Source: a bacterium (lineage in GTDB: Bacteria > SAR324 > XYD2-FULL-50-16). Taken from it: a stretch of 64,000 nt of DNA. The DNA lies in NCBI GenBank assembly GCA_032250835.1, contig JAVVEA010000006.1, forward strand, positions 1 through 64,000, read 5' to 3'. Shown here one piece after another: positions 34,050 through 44,700 of the stretch (within the stretch, counting starts at the first letter, position 1; each line of letters opens with the position of its first letter). The position numbers were made by a program, and so were the translations under genes. A model generated the notes under the pieces. The model did no database searches, was not told where the DNA came from, and was given only the letters and a program-made list of their open reading frames with translations.

Positions 34050-36338
34050 ATGCTCGCGGCCGTGCTTTCTTGCTATCTGCTGGCGCTACTGCAACCGATC
34101 TTCCACCCCTTCGACCGCCGCCGGGTCGGGTGGTTGATCGGTCTGTTGCCCATGATCTTAACCCTTCAGTTCTGGGGCCTTAGTGAAGAAGTGGGCCTGA
34201 ACCCGCTGGTCGAAAGTTATGCTTGGGTTCCCTTTTTGGGGCTAGAGGCCAGCTTCCTGCTCGACGGGCTTTCGGCTACCTTGGCCTTGATGGTCTTGGG
34301 GATCGGTGCCGGGGTGATGGTCTACTCTGGGGGCTATTTAGAGGATCACCCGGATCTGGACCGGTTTTTTTCTTACATGCTGGTCTTTATGGGCAGCATG
34401 CTGGGCTTGGTGCTGGCGGGCAATCTGCTGTTGATCTATGTCTTTTGGGAACTGACTTCCTTTTCCAGTTTCTTGCTGATCGGCTTTCACCACGAGCGCC
34501 CCGGTGCCCGTGGAGCCGCCCAGAGGGCCTTGGTAGTGACCGTTACCGGGGGCTTGATGTTGCTCGCTGGGTTGATCCTGATCGGCCAAGCGGCGGGGAC
34601 CTACGAACTGGTCGAAATCCTGGCTCATCCCGAAGTCATCGCCAACAGCCCCTACTTTGAAGCGATTTTGGTGCTGGTGGCCTTAGGCTGTTTCACCAAA
34701 TCGGCCCAGGTGCCCTTCCATTTCTGGCTCCCCGGTGCCATGGCCGCCCCCACTCCGGTCAGCGCCTACTTACACTCGGCCACCATGGTCAACGCAGGCA
34801 TCTATCTATTGGCCCGCTTACACCCCCTTTTGGGTGGCTCGGACCTTTGGTTTTATCTTCTCGGCGTGACCGGTTTGGCCAGCATGCTGATCGGTGCGGT
34901 GACTGCGCTGATGCAAGAAGACCTAAAGCTGGTGCTGGCCTATAGCAGCATCAGCGTCTTGGGGGTGTTGGTGATGTTGCTGGGCATCGGCACCGAGATG
35001 GCGCTGAAAGCCATGTTGGTGCTCTTGGTGGGTCATGGGCTTTATAAGTCGGCGCTCTTTTTGGTGGCCGGGATCGTGGACCATGTAATGGGTACCCGCG
35101 AGGTGCGGCGGTTGCAAGGGCTTTCGAAGATAATGCCGATCACGGCGCTGGCCGCCGGTTTGGCTGCCTTCTCTAATGCAGGCATCCCGCCGATGTTTGG
35201 CTTTGTGGGAAAGGAACTGCTTTATGAGGCGGGCTTGGCGCATAGCGGTTGGTATTATGTGATTCTGCCGGTCTCGATGCTGTCTTCTATGTTCCTTTTC
35301 GCCACCGCTTGGCTGGTGGGCGTGCATCCCTTTTGGAGCCAAGGTCCCAAACACCCAAAGACCCTGGGCGAACCGCCTCTTTCGATGTGGCTAGGGCCCA
35401 CAGTCTTTGCCTTGGCTGGGTTGTTTTTCGGGATCTTTCCGGGGCACCTGACCCAGAGGCTGTTGGAGCCAGCGGTACAGGCTGTTTTCGCCCAGCCGGT
35501 GCAGGTGGAACTGGAGCTTTGGCATGGCCTTACGCCGACGCTCTTTTTTAGCATCTTGACGGTAGTGGGCGGCTTTTTATTCTTTTTGGGTAGAGACCGG
35601 CTGCAGTTGCGCAGTTTTGCCCTGCGACCCCTGGCCCAGTTGAGCCCCCTGCGGCTCTACCATAGCAGTCTAGAGGGACTGCAAAGGATGGCCACAATAG
35701 AGACCCGGTTCCTGCAAAACGGCTATTTGCGGTTTTATTTGATTGTGATCTTTGGCTCGGTGGCGCTGCTGCAATTGGTGGGCTGGGCCTATTCGGGGTG
35801 GGTTTTTCCGCTGGAATGGGAAGCACCCGATCTGGCCGAGTTGGCGGCGCTAGCCTTGATATTTGGGGGCACCTTGGCGGCGCTGAAAGTACGCAGCTTT
35901 TTGCGGGGAATCTTTTCGGTCGGGGTGGTGGGCCTAGGGGTGGTGCTGTTTTTTGCGCTGCATTCGGCACCGGATTTGGCGATGACTCAGGTTTTAGTGG
36001 AGACCCTTTCCTTGGTGCTGGTGGTCTTGATGCTCACCAAACTGCCCCACTACCTCAAGCGCAGCAGCCGTTGGGTTTATCTGCGCGACGGCGCGGTGTC
36101 GATTCTCTTTGGGGCGTCGATCAGCCTAGGGTTGCTGCTGAGCCCGGCCTTTGAAGGGGCCCGTGTGTCGCTGTGGCATAAGGCCTTGGCGTTGAGCGCT
36201 GGGCACGGGGGCAACATCGTCAATGTGATCTTAGTGGACTTTAGGGCCTTGGATACGCTCGGTGAGATCAGTGTGCTTGCGGCGGCGGGGATCGGTGTCT
36301 ATAGCCTCTTCAACCTGAAAAGGGGGCGGACACCATGA
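34050..36338 (+). CDS. mrpA: Mrp Na+/H+ antiporter subunit A
   Basis: FWELTS, TKSAQVPFHFWLPGAMAAPTPVSAYLHSATMV, VNVILVDFRALDTLGE. Confidence 0.95.
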   Translation: MLAAVLSCYLLALLQPIFHPFDRRRVGWLIGLLPMILTLQFWGLSEEVGLNPLVESYAWVPFLGLEASFLLDGLSATLALMVLGIGAGVMVYSGGYLEDHPDLDRFFSYMLVFMGSMLGLVLAGNLLLIYVFWELTSFSSFLLIGFHHERPGARGAAQRALVVTVTGGLMLLAGLILIGQAAGTYELVEILAHPEVIANSPYFEAILVLVALGCFTKSAQVPFHFWLPGAMAAPTPVSAYLHSATMVNAGIYLLARLHPLLGGSDLWFYLLGVTGLASMLIGAVTALMQEDLKLVLAYSSISVLGVLVMLLGIGTEMALKAMLVLLVGHGLYKSALFLVAGIVDHVMGTREVRRLQGLSKIMPITALAAGLAAFSNAGIPPMFGFVGKELLYEAGLAHSGWYYVILPVSMLSSMFLFATAWLVGVHPFWSQGPKHPKTLGEPPLSMWLGPTVFALAGLFFGIFPGHLTQRLLEPAVQAVFAQPVQVELELWHGLTPTLFFSILTVVGGFLFFLGRDRLQLRSFALRPLAQLSPLRLYHSSLEGLQRMATIETRFLQNGYLRFYLIVIFGSVALLQLVGWAYSGWVFPLEWEAPDLAELAALALIFGGTLAALKVRSFLRGIFSVGVVGLGVVLFFALHSAPDLAMTQVLVETLSLVLVVLMLTKLPHYLKRSSRWVYLRDGAVSILFGASISLGLLLSPAFEGARVSLWHKALALSAGHGGNIVNVILVDFRALDTLGEISVLAAAGIGVYSLFNLKRGRTP

Positions 36339-36760
36339 ACCTGAACCTACTGAAAACTGGGGCTAAGTTACTGTTGCCGATCTTTGTTGTGATGGCCCTG
36401 TGGCTGCTGTTGCGCGGGCACAATGCACCCGGTGGGGGCTTCATTGCTGCGCTGGTCTTCATCACCGGTTATGGACTTTATCTGTTTGCTTACGGCGTTG
36501 AAGCCTCCCGGCGCATCCTGCCTTTTGACCCGCGCAGCCTGATTGGGGTGGGGTTGTTGACGGCGCTTTTTTCGGCCGCTTGGCCGGTGGTCTGGCGGCA
36601 GCCTTTTTTTCAGGGGATGTGGTGGTCTTGGGACCTGCCCGGATGGGGGCCTTTGATGCTGGGCACACCGGTCTTGTTTGATCTGGGCGTTTTCCTGGTG
36701 GTCAGTGGGGCCTTGATGATCATCTTGACTAGCTTCGAGGAGAGCCGATGGAACTCCTAA
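36335..36760 (+). CDS. mrpB: Mrp subunit B
   Basis: RGHNAPGGGF; FDLGVFLVV. Confidence 0.95.
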   Translation: MNLNLLKTGAKLLLPIFVVMALWLLLRGHNAPGGGFIAALVFITGYGLYLFAYGVEASRRILPFDPRSLIGVGLLTALFSAAWPVVWRQPFFQGMWWSWDLPGWGPLMLGTPVLFDLGVFLVVSGALMIILTSFEESRWNS

Positions 36761-37083
36761 GCATTTTGGCTCTAGGCGGGCTATTCGCCGCCGGGGCATA
36801 CCTGATGCTGCGCCACAGCATTGTTAAATTGATTTTGGGCACCATCTTACTGACCCATGGCGGCAACCTCTTGCTGCTGCTTTCGGGCGGCTTGGTCGAG
36901 GGGCAACCGCCCCTGGGTGAGGCGGGCATGGCCGCCGCTACGGACCCGCTGCCCCAGGCGCTGATATTGACGGCCATTGTGATCAACTTCGGGATATTGG
37001 CCTTTTTCCTGGTCCTGGTCTTCCGCGCCTACCAGACCAACGACGCCAAGGACCTAGACGAACTCCACGGAGGGGATCGATGA
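36748..37083 (+). CDS. mrpC: Mrp subunit C
   Basis: DPLPQALILTAIVI. Confidence 0.95.
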   Translation: MELLSILALGGLFAAGAYLMLRHSIVKLILGTILLTHGGNLLLLLSGGLVEGQPPLGEAGMAAATDPLPQALILTAIVINFGILAFFLVLVFRAYQTNDAKDLDELHGGDR

Positions 37084-38567
37084 GATTCTTGGTGCTGATG
37101 CCTCTTTTGTTGCCTCTGTTGGTGGCTACCTTGTCGCTGTTGCCGAGGCAGTGGCGTCTAGACCGCGAGCTGTTGGCCTTAGTCGGCAGCGCGGGGCACT
37201 TCGGGGCGGGGCTTTATTTCTTCTTCTTGGTGCGCGCCGAGGGGATCTTGGTGGTCGATGTGGGCGGTTGGCCTGCGCCTTATGGGATTGTTTTGGTCTT
37301 TGACCTGCTTTCGGTCACTTTGCTGGCGACCGCCGGGTTTTTGGGTTTCTGCGTGGCGCTCTATTCGCTGGGCAGCGTAGACCCCGAGCGCCAGTCCTTT
37401 GGTTATTTCCCGGTTTTTCATCTGCTTTTGATGGGAGTCTCCGGCGCTTTTTTAGCCGGAGACCTGTTTAATCTTTTTGTCTGGTTTGAGGTGATTTTAA
37501 TCGCCAGCTTTGTGTTGCTTACTTTAGGCGGCGAGCGCGCGCAGATCGTGGCGGGGGTCAAGTATGTGGCGATCAACATGGTGGCCAGTACGCTTTTCCT
37601 GGCGGCTATCGGCTTGCTCTACCGCATGACCGGTAGCCTCAATTTAGCGGACCTGCATTTGCGGGTGCAGGAGTTAGAAGACCCAAGGGGGTTGGTTTTT
37701 TGCGCTCTGCTCTTTTTGGTGGCCTTCGGGATTAAGGCGGCAGTTTTCCCCTTCTTTTTCTGGCTGCCTGAATCGTACCCCACCCCGCCCGCAGCGGTGG
37801 GGGCCATTTTTGCGGGATTACTGACCAAGGTAGGGGTTTACGCCATGCTTCGGCTATTTACCCTGCTCTTCTTTGACCTGCGGGACCTGCTGCAGCCGAT
37901 CTTCCTGGGAATCGCCATCACCACCATGGTGGTGGGGGTTTTAGGCGCATGGTCCCAAAAGGATATGCGGCGTATCTTGAGCTTTCATATCGTTAGCCAG
38001 ATTGGTTATATGATGATCGGCCTCGCCCTTTGGGTGCCGTTGGCCCTGGCCGGGGCGGTGTTTTTTATGCTGCACAACATCTTTGCCAAGACCAATCTCT
38101 TTTTGATCAGCGGCGTGATCGGGCGGCTGTCGGGCAGTTACGACCTGCGGAATTTAGGTGGCCTGTACCACAGCTTCTTCTTGTTGGGGATGCTCTTTTT
38201 GGTGCCCGCATTAGCTCTGGCCGGGGTGCCCCCGCTTTCTGGGTTCTTCGGCAAGCTGGCTTTGATCCGCTCAAGTATCGAAGAGGGGGCTTATAGTTTG
38301 GCCGCGGTGGCCATGGCGGTTAGCGTGATCACTTTACTCTCGATGCTAAAAATTTGGCATTTTGCCTTTTGGCAGCCTGCGCCCAGCGGTGAAGCGCCGA
38401 ACAAAACCGAAGTCCGCCTATTGGTGCCGATCCTGCTGTTGGCCACCGCTACCTTAACGATGGGGTTGGCGGCCCAGGTCTTTTTGCAGCTCTGCGGCGA
38501 GATCGCCCAGCAGCTACTACACCCTGAACCTTATATCCAGGCTGTTTTAGGCCGGGGGGTAAGATGA
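37080..38567 (+). CDS. mrpD: Mrp subunit D
   Basis: DLFNLFVWFEV, WLPESYP, LLTKVG, PPLSGFFGK. Confidence 0.95.
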   Translation: MRFLVLMPLLLPLLVATLSLLPRQWRLDRELLALVGSAGHFGAGLYFFFLVRAEGILVVDVGGWPAPYGIVLVFDLLSVTLLATAGFLGFCVALYSLGSVDPERQSFGYFPVFHLLLMGVSGAFLAGDLFNLFVWFEVILIASFVLLTLGGERAQIVAGVKYVAINMVASTLFLAAIGLLYRMTGSLNLADLHLRVQELEDPRGLVFCALLFLVAFGIKAAVFPFFFWLPESYPTPPAAVGAIFAGLLTKVGVYAMLRLFTLLFFDLRDLLQPIFLGIAITTMVVGVLGAWSQKDMRRILSFHIVSQIGYMMIGLALWVPLALAGAVFFMLHNIFAKTNLFLISGVIGRLSGSYDLRNLGGLYHSFFLLGMLFLVPALALAGVPPLSGFFGKLALIRSSIEEGAYSLAAVAMAVSVITLLSMLKIWHFAFWQPAPSGEAPNKTEVRLLVPILLLATATLTMGLAAQVFLQLCGEIAQQLLHPEPYIQAVLGRGVR

Positions 38568-38923
38568 ACCGCTGGTTTGGCCGCCTCAATAAACTGATCG
38601 GGAAGCTCTATCTGCTGATCGGCTTCAGTTTTACTTTTGCTTGGTTTTTGTTTCGATCCAATCTGGTGGTGCTGCGCGCCATCATCGAACCCGAGGGGCG
38701 GTTGCGCCCCGCTCTTTTGGCCTACCCTTTAACCGCCACCGGGGAATGGGAAATTTTTACGCTCGCCCATTTAATCACCCTCAGCCCCGGCACCTTAAGC
38801 GTACGCCACGACAAAGACGCCCGGATTCTGTGGGTCCATGCGCTCTATTGTCATGAGCCCCGCGAATTGTTGGGCGAAATCACCCAAGGCTTGGAACGCC
38901 CCATCATGGAGTTGTTCTCATGA
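38564..38923 (+). CDS. mrpE: Mrp subunit E
   Basis: ITLSPGTL; LWVHAL. Confidence 0.88.
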   Translation: MNRWFGRLNKLIGKLYLLIGFSFTFAWFLFRSNLVVLRAIIEPEGRLRPALLAYPLTATGEWEIFTLAHLITLSPGTLSVRHDKDARILWVHALYCHEPRELLGEITQGLERPIMELFS

Positions 38924-39264
38924 ACTCAGCCCAATGGATTCACCTATTGTTAAATCTTTCGGTTGCCCTACTAGCCTTGGGCACCCTGCCCACCTTGGCT
39001 CGGCTGGCCAAGGGCCCCTCGCTGGCAGACCGGATGGTGGCTTCGAGTCAGTTGGGAACCCTGCTGGTCGCCGCCTTGGGGGCCGGGGCGTTAATCGATG
39101 GGGCGGCGCTCTTTGTGGACTTGGCCTTGGTGGCTGCCTTGACTGGGTTTTTGTCCACTTTGGCTTTTGGGCTCTATCTGGGCCGCGCCAGCGAAGACCA
39201 AGCCCAACGGGAGGCCTTGGGCCAGCAGCAAGACCCAACCCAGGGACCTGAGGAGGATTTATGA
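38920..39264 (+). CDS. mrpF: Mrp subunit F
   Basis: RLAKGPSLADRMVA; FLST. Confidence 0.85.
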   Translation: MNSAQWIHLLLNLSVALLALGTLPTLARLAKGPSLADRMVASSQLGTLLVAALGAGALIDGAALFVDLALVAALTGFLSTLAFGLYLGRASEDQAQREALGQQQDPTQGPEEDL

Positions 39265-39632
39265 ATCCAACCTGGGTCGATATTTTGGGTGCTGGGTGCC
39301 TACTTTTCGGGGCACTGTTGATCGCCGGGTCGGGCTGGGGGTTGTACCGGTTTGAAGACCTTTACCAGCGCATCCACGCCAGTGGACTGGCCACTAGTTT
39401 AGGGACCCTGTCCTTCTTTTTGGGGATTTCGCTGTTACACGGCGGTCTGGGACTTTGGCTGACTTCGGCGGCGGTGGTTTTGCTCAGTTTTTTGACCGGC
39501 CCTTTGGCTTCACATTTTATCGCCATGGCAGGCTATGAAAACGGTGTTCCTCATGTACGTGAAACCTTGGTGGATGGCCCGGTAGGGGATTTCCATCCAG
39601 ACGTTTCCGCAGAGGAGATTACCGAAAGCTAA
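39261..39632 (+). CDS. mrpG: Mrp subunit G
   Basis: GLYRFEDLYQRIHA; LTGPLASH. Confidence 0.9.
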   Translation: MNPTWVDILGAGCLLFGALLIAGSGWGLYRFEDLYQRIHASGLATSLGTLSFFLGISLLHGGLGLWLTSAAVVLLSFLTGPLASHFIAMAGYENGVPHVRETLVDGPVGDFHPDVSAEEITES

Positions 39633-39761
39633 AAGGCCCATTGATGGCCCTTTAGGGACTTTTTTATCGAATTGTTTTTTATAGGTTGCGCATTTTGGGC
39701 ATAAGATCGATAAGCGAATTGTAATTTAACCAATTTGACCCCTTTCCCCTAGAGGAATTAG

Positions 39762-41693
39762 ATGGCAGGAGAAGCTCGCAGCAAAAAGGCCGCCAAGGCT
39801 TTAGGTCCCGTTGATCAGTTAGAAAAGCATTTGCACCCTGACTGGTGGAACCGGATTTTTAATTCCCTTTACTTAAAGACCGACGGCGACGTGGTCGAAG
39901 ATGCGCGGATCACGGACATGGAAGTGGACCGTTTTAGCGAACATCTGGGCTTAAAGGCCGGGGAACAGTTGCTGGATATCTGCTGTGGACAGGGGCGCCA
40001 CGTGTTGGAATGGGCCCACCGGGGTTTTGAGGTTTGCGGCATGGACCGTAGCCGTTATTTGATCCAAAAGGCCAAGAGCCGCGCCAAGGCGAAAAACCTA
40101 AACGTCTCCCTCAAAGAAGGCGACGCCCGCAAACTGCCCTTCACCACCGACCGCTTCGACGCGGTGACTTTGCTGGGCAACAGCTTTGGCTATTTTGAGT
40201 CCGCCTCTGAGGATTTATTGGTATTGCAAGAAGTCAAGCGGGTGCTTAAGCCCGGTGGACGTTTGCTGCTCGACGTCTCGGACGGTGAATTTTTGCGCCA
40301 AAGCTTTGAGCCCCGCTCTTGGGAATGGATCGATAAAAACCTGTTTGTTTGCCGCGAGCGTAGCATTGCCGGTGATGGCCAGCGTTTGATCAGCCGCGAG
40401 GTGATCACCGACGTAAAAAAGGGCGTCATTGCCGACCAATTTTATGCCGAGCGTCTCTACAGCCAGGCCGAACTGGGTGAATTGTTGGCTGAAGCAGGCT
40501 TTAGCGAAATTGAGTGGCATGGCGAGATGGTCCCCGAGAGCCAGCGCAACCAAGATTTGGGCATGATGAGCCGCCGCTTGGTGGTGACCGCCAAAATGGT
40601 TAAAGAATGGACCCCAGTCCGCCGCCGGTCTGCGGCGACCGCGCGCAAGGTGACCGTATTACTGGGCGACCCGCGTAAGCTGGACATCATCAAACCCGAT
40701 GCGGTCTTTGATGAAGACGACTTTGTGACCCTCAAGCGCCTTAAAGACGCCTTGGCCAACTTGGGCGACTTCCGCTTTAAGTACATTGACGACCATGACA
40801 CCATGATCGCTGAACTCAAGAAATTGAGCGGTAAAGACGAGCTGATTTTTAACCTTTGCGACGAGGGCTTCGGTAACGACCCGCGCCAGGAATTACACGT
40901 CCCGGCGTTGCTGGAATTATTTAATTTGCCCTACACCGGCTCGAACCCGCAGTGCCTGGCTTTTTGTTACGACAAATCGCTGGTCCGTGGTGCGGCCCGA
41001 GAGATGGGCGTGGCGGTGTCGCAGGCCTTTTTTGTGCGGCCCGATGACTCCATCTTCGAGTTGCCCATTGAGTTTCCGGTATTGATCAAGCCCAACTTTG
41101 GCGATTCCAGCTTTGGCATCACCCAAAAAAGCTTGGTTCATAACATGGAAGAGCTAGCTGCCGGTATCGCCCGCATCCGCGATATCCAAGGTTTCGAGAA
41201 GCCCTTTTTGGTGGAGGAGTTTTTGCCCGGTAAGGACATCAGTTTTGGGGTGATTGGCAACGCCGGCGACTTCCGCATCTTGCCGATCATTGAAGAAGAC
41301 TACTCGGGACTGCCCGAGGGATTGCCGCGGATCTGTGGTTATGAAGCTAAATGGCTGCCTGATTCGCCCTACTCCTGCATCCGCTCGATCCCGGCTAACC
41401 TGCCTTTGGATGTGGAAAAGGAAGTGATCGACGGGTCCTTGGCGCTTTTTGAGCGGCTTGAATGCCGCGATTACGCCCGTTTTGACTGGCGCTTGGATAA
41501 ACAGGGGCGCCCTCGGCTCTTGGAGGTGAATCCTAATCCCGGTTGGTGTTGGGACGGCCATTTGGCCAAGATGTCTCATTTGGAAAACATCGACTACTCG
41601 GCCATGTTGGGTTTGATCGTGGAAGCGGCCTTCAAACGCACCGACAGTGTGAGCGCCAAGAACTCGGCTCAGGTGATTGAAAGTCAGGGCTAA
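39762..41693 (+). CDS. fusion of class I SAM-methyltransferase and Ddl-like ATP-grasp ligase
   Basis: LDICCGQGRH, NSFGYF, LKPGG in the N-half; PYTGS, DK, IKP...SSFGI, VEEFLPG, YEAKW, RFDWR, LEVNPNP in the C-half. Confidence 0.9.
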   Translation: MAGEARSKKAAKALGPVDQLEKHLHPDWWNRIFNSLYLKTDGDVVEDARITDMEVDRFSEHLGLKAGEQLLDICCGQGRHVLEWAHRGFEVCGMDRSRYLIQKAKSRAKAKNLNVSLKEGDARKLPFTTDRFDAVTLLGNSFGYFESASEDLLVLQEVKRVLKPGGRLLLDVSDGEFLRQSFEPRSWEWIDKNLFVCRERSIAGDGQRLISREVITDVKKGVIADQFYAERLYSQAELGELLAEAGFSEIEWHGEMVPESQRNQDLGMMSRRLVVTAKMVKEWTPVRRRSAATARKVTVLLGDPRKLDIIKPDAVFDEDDFVTLKRLKDALANLGDFRFKYIDDHDTMIAELKKLSGKDELIFNLCDEGFGNDPRQELHVPALLELFNLPYTGSNPQCLAFCYDKSLVRGAAREMGVAVSQAFFVRPDDSIFELPIEFPVLIKPNFGDSSFGITQKSLVHNMEELAAGIARIRDIQGFEKPFLVEEFLPGKDISFGVIGNAGDFRILPIIEEDYSGLPEGLPRICGYEAKWLPDSPYSCIRSIPANLPLDVEKEVIDGSLALFERLECRDYARFDWRLDKQGRPRLLEVNPNPGWCWDGHLAKMSHLENIDYSAMLGLIVEAAFKRTDSVSAKNSAQVIESQG

Positions 41694-41799
41694 CCTTTTC
41701 GATTGGTTGCCGATTTATTGCGGGGCATGGTAGGCTCTTTCGAGCAGTCCGGTAAGGCAAACGGCCCGAACCGGACGGCTCTAATGAGGACCCAAACTT

Positions 41800-44700
41800 G
41801 TGACCACATCAAACCTGCCGCCTACCGAGCTGCTTTTTGACGCTCTGGAGGATCTTCTCTTTTTGACCGATTCCCAAGGCACGGTAACCCAGGCTAATCC
41901 GGCGGCTTTGGCTTTTTTGGGCCTAGGCGCTGAGCAAGCTTGCGGCCAGGACTTTGCCCAGTTGTTGGGCCTGAAACCCGGCCTGTTTGAAGCTTGCTTG
42001 TTACCGGAGTTTAAGGGCACCGAACTGCGGTTAAAACAAGGGCAGGAACATATCCTGTTTACATGCCACTGCAAGAGCCTGGGCGAAAGCTGGTTGATCC
42101 AACTGCACCAAGACGACGGCCCGGCCAGATGGCGTCTGCAAGAGGCCCAACGGCTAGCTAAAGTGGGGACTTGGTACCTCGACTTGACGCTGAACCAGTT
42201 GCATTGGTCCGACGAGTTGTTTCGACTCACCGACTTGGACCCTAAAAGGGACCTCCCGTTGAGTGTGGACCAACTGCTCGAAAGGGTCCATCCCGAGGAC
42301 CGCAACCAGATGTTGGAACGTTCCTTAAGGTTGCTTTCGGCGACCCAAGACGAGCCGCTCCCGCCGATTTCCCACCGGATACTTAAAGCAGACGGTTCTT
42401 ACCTACGCTGCAACCTCACCACCAAGATTCATTTTGATCCACAGGGGGTCCGGGTTGGCATCTCCGGCGCGGTCCAGGATATTTCGGATCAAGAGGCCTT
42501 GCACTTGAGCCAAGCCCGTTTGTCTAGGGCCCAGGCGATTGCCCATTTCGGGTATTGGCGGTGGGAAGCGGGGGATGAGGTTTACCAATGGTCTGAGGAA
42601 ATGTACCGAATCTTCGGCTTAGACCCTGCCCATTTTGAACCCAGACCAGAGGCCTTAGGCGCTCTGCTGGCTGGGCCGGATTCAGGGTCACTGGCGGCGC
42701 TCCTAGACCCGGCGAGTCTTAACCAAGCCGGCCATTTCGAGCTGGACTTGGCCATCAAGCAAAGTAGCGGCGCTCGCAAACAGATATTGGTACGTGGCGA
42801 GGCTTTGGCCGATCCGCAGGGCCAAGTTCGGGCCGTTGAAGGGGTGATGCTCGACGTAACCCAGCAGAAACAAACTGAAGCGACTTTGCGCGAGCGCGAA
42901 GCCCAATGGATTCAGGCGCAGCACATTGCCCATTTCGGCAGTTGGCATTGGGATTTGATCGCTGACCAGATCACCTGGTCCGAAGAGGTGTTTCGGATTT
43001 TTGGCCAACCGGCTGATTTTGTCCCCACCTACGCAGCCTATAAAGCCCAGGTGCACCCCTTAGACCGCGAATCGGTCGATCAAGCGGTCCAAAAAACCCT
43101 GAGAGAACACCAACCCTTTCGGGTGGAACACCGCATCCTCCTGCCCGATGGGAGCCAAAGGGATGTACTGGAACAAGGGGAGGTGACCTACGACGATCAA
43201 GGCCGGGCGGTGAGCTTTATGGGCGTTTCGCAAGACATTACGGAACGAAAAGAAGCAGAGCGCCGACTTAAGCTGCATGATTGGGAGTTAAACCGGGCCC
43301 AACAGGTTGCCCAGTTTGGGTCTTGGAGCAAAGGAGTCCGCGGCGGCGAATTGCGCTGGTCCGAAGAGTTTTACCGAATCTGCGGCATCGACCGGAACCA
43401 AAAGCCGGACAGTGCCTACTTCCGGTCTTTGATCCATGAGGAGGACCGTCATTATATTTCAGAGCTAGCCGACCAAATGGAGAGTGAGGTCCGTTCTGCC
43501 GCGGAGGTTTTTCGGTTGATACGACCTGATGGGCAGTTGATCTATCTGCGGAGCCAGTTGGAACAGGACTTAAGCGAAACCGGCCAGCCTTTGCGTCTTT
43601 TTGGCGTGATCCAGGACATTACCGCGCAAAAGGAGGCCCAAGCTCAGTTGCTAGAGTCCCGCAAAAACCTAGCAGAAGCCCAGTCAGTCGCCCATGTGGG
43701 GAGCTACCTGTTTGAATTAAAGACCGGGAAGCTAATTTGGTCCGATGAATTTTTCCGGCTCTTTGGTTTTGAGCCCGGTGAGGTGGAGCCAAGTCATGAG
43801 CTTTATTATGAACGGGTCCATCCTGAAGACCGGGAGTGGTTGGCCAAAATCTCCGCCGAGGCCTTAACGGGGCAGCAGACCCATAGCGAGCTGGTGCATC
43901 GGGTGTTGTTGCCCGACGGAACCCTGCGCTACCTACAGCTGCGCGGAAGGGTAGAGTTCGAACAGGGGCAAGCCATCAAAACCTGGGGCACCGCCCAGGA
44001 CATTACGGACTTAAAGGTCAAAGAACGAGAACTACAAGAGAGTCGTGAACTGCTGGAATTGGCTCAGTCCATGTCTCACCTGGGCAGTTGGATCATCGAA
44101 ATGCCGTCGATGAAGTCGATTTGGAGCAGCCAGATGCGGACCGTATTGGGCTTGGGGCCCGAGGTAGAGCCCAGTTTGGAGGCTTTCTTTGAGGTGCTGC
44201 ACCCTGAGGACACCCAAAACGTTAAAGAATACTTTGAAAAGAGCCTAGCGGACCCCGAGTTCCGAAAAGACGTAGAAATCCGTTTGCGCCGCCCCCAAGG
44301 GAAGTGGGCCTATGGATATCTGCGGGGCCGGGTGGTTTTTGAAGAGGGTCAACCGGTGCGGGCCATCGGTAGTTTGCAGGACATCACCGACCTCAAGGAG
44401 CTAGAAGTCCGTTACCGCTTGGTGAGCGGGCACTTGCACGACCTCATCTACCGGTACCGCCTGGACCCGCCGGGCTTTGAGTATGTCAGCCCATCGTCAA
44501 CCCAACTAACGGGCTACACGCCCGAGGAGCACTATGCCGATCCTAAGCTGGGCTATAAATTGGTCCATCCCGACGACCGCCACCTACTAGAACGGTTAAA
44601 TCACCCCGACCCGGATGTCCTGTCCGAACCCATAACCTTTCGCTGGGTCCGAAAAGATGGAGGAGTTTTTCACTGTGAGCAGCGCAACGCACCGGTTTAT

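Noticed and set aside
41742-41781. c-di-GMP riboswitch before the multi-PAS kinase (GGCAAAC present)
   Set aside because: Forms a single long hairpin and lacks the GNRA loop and second stem of the GEMM motif
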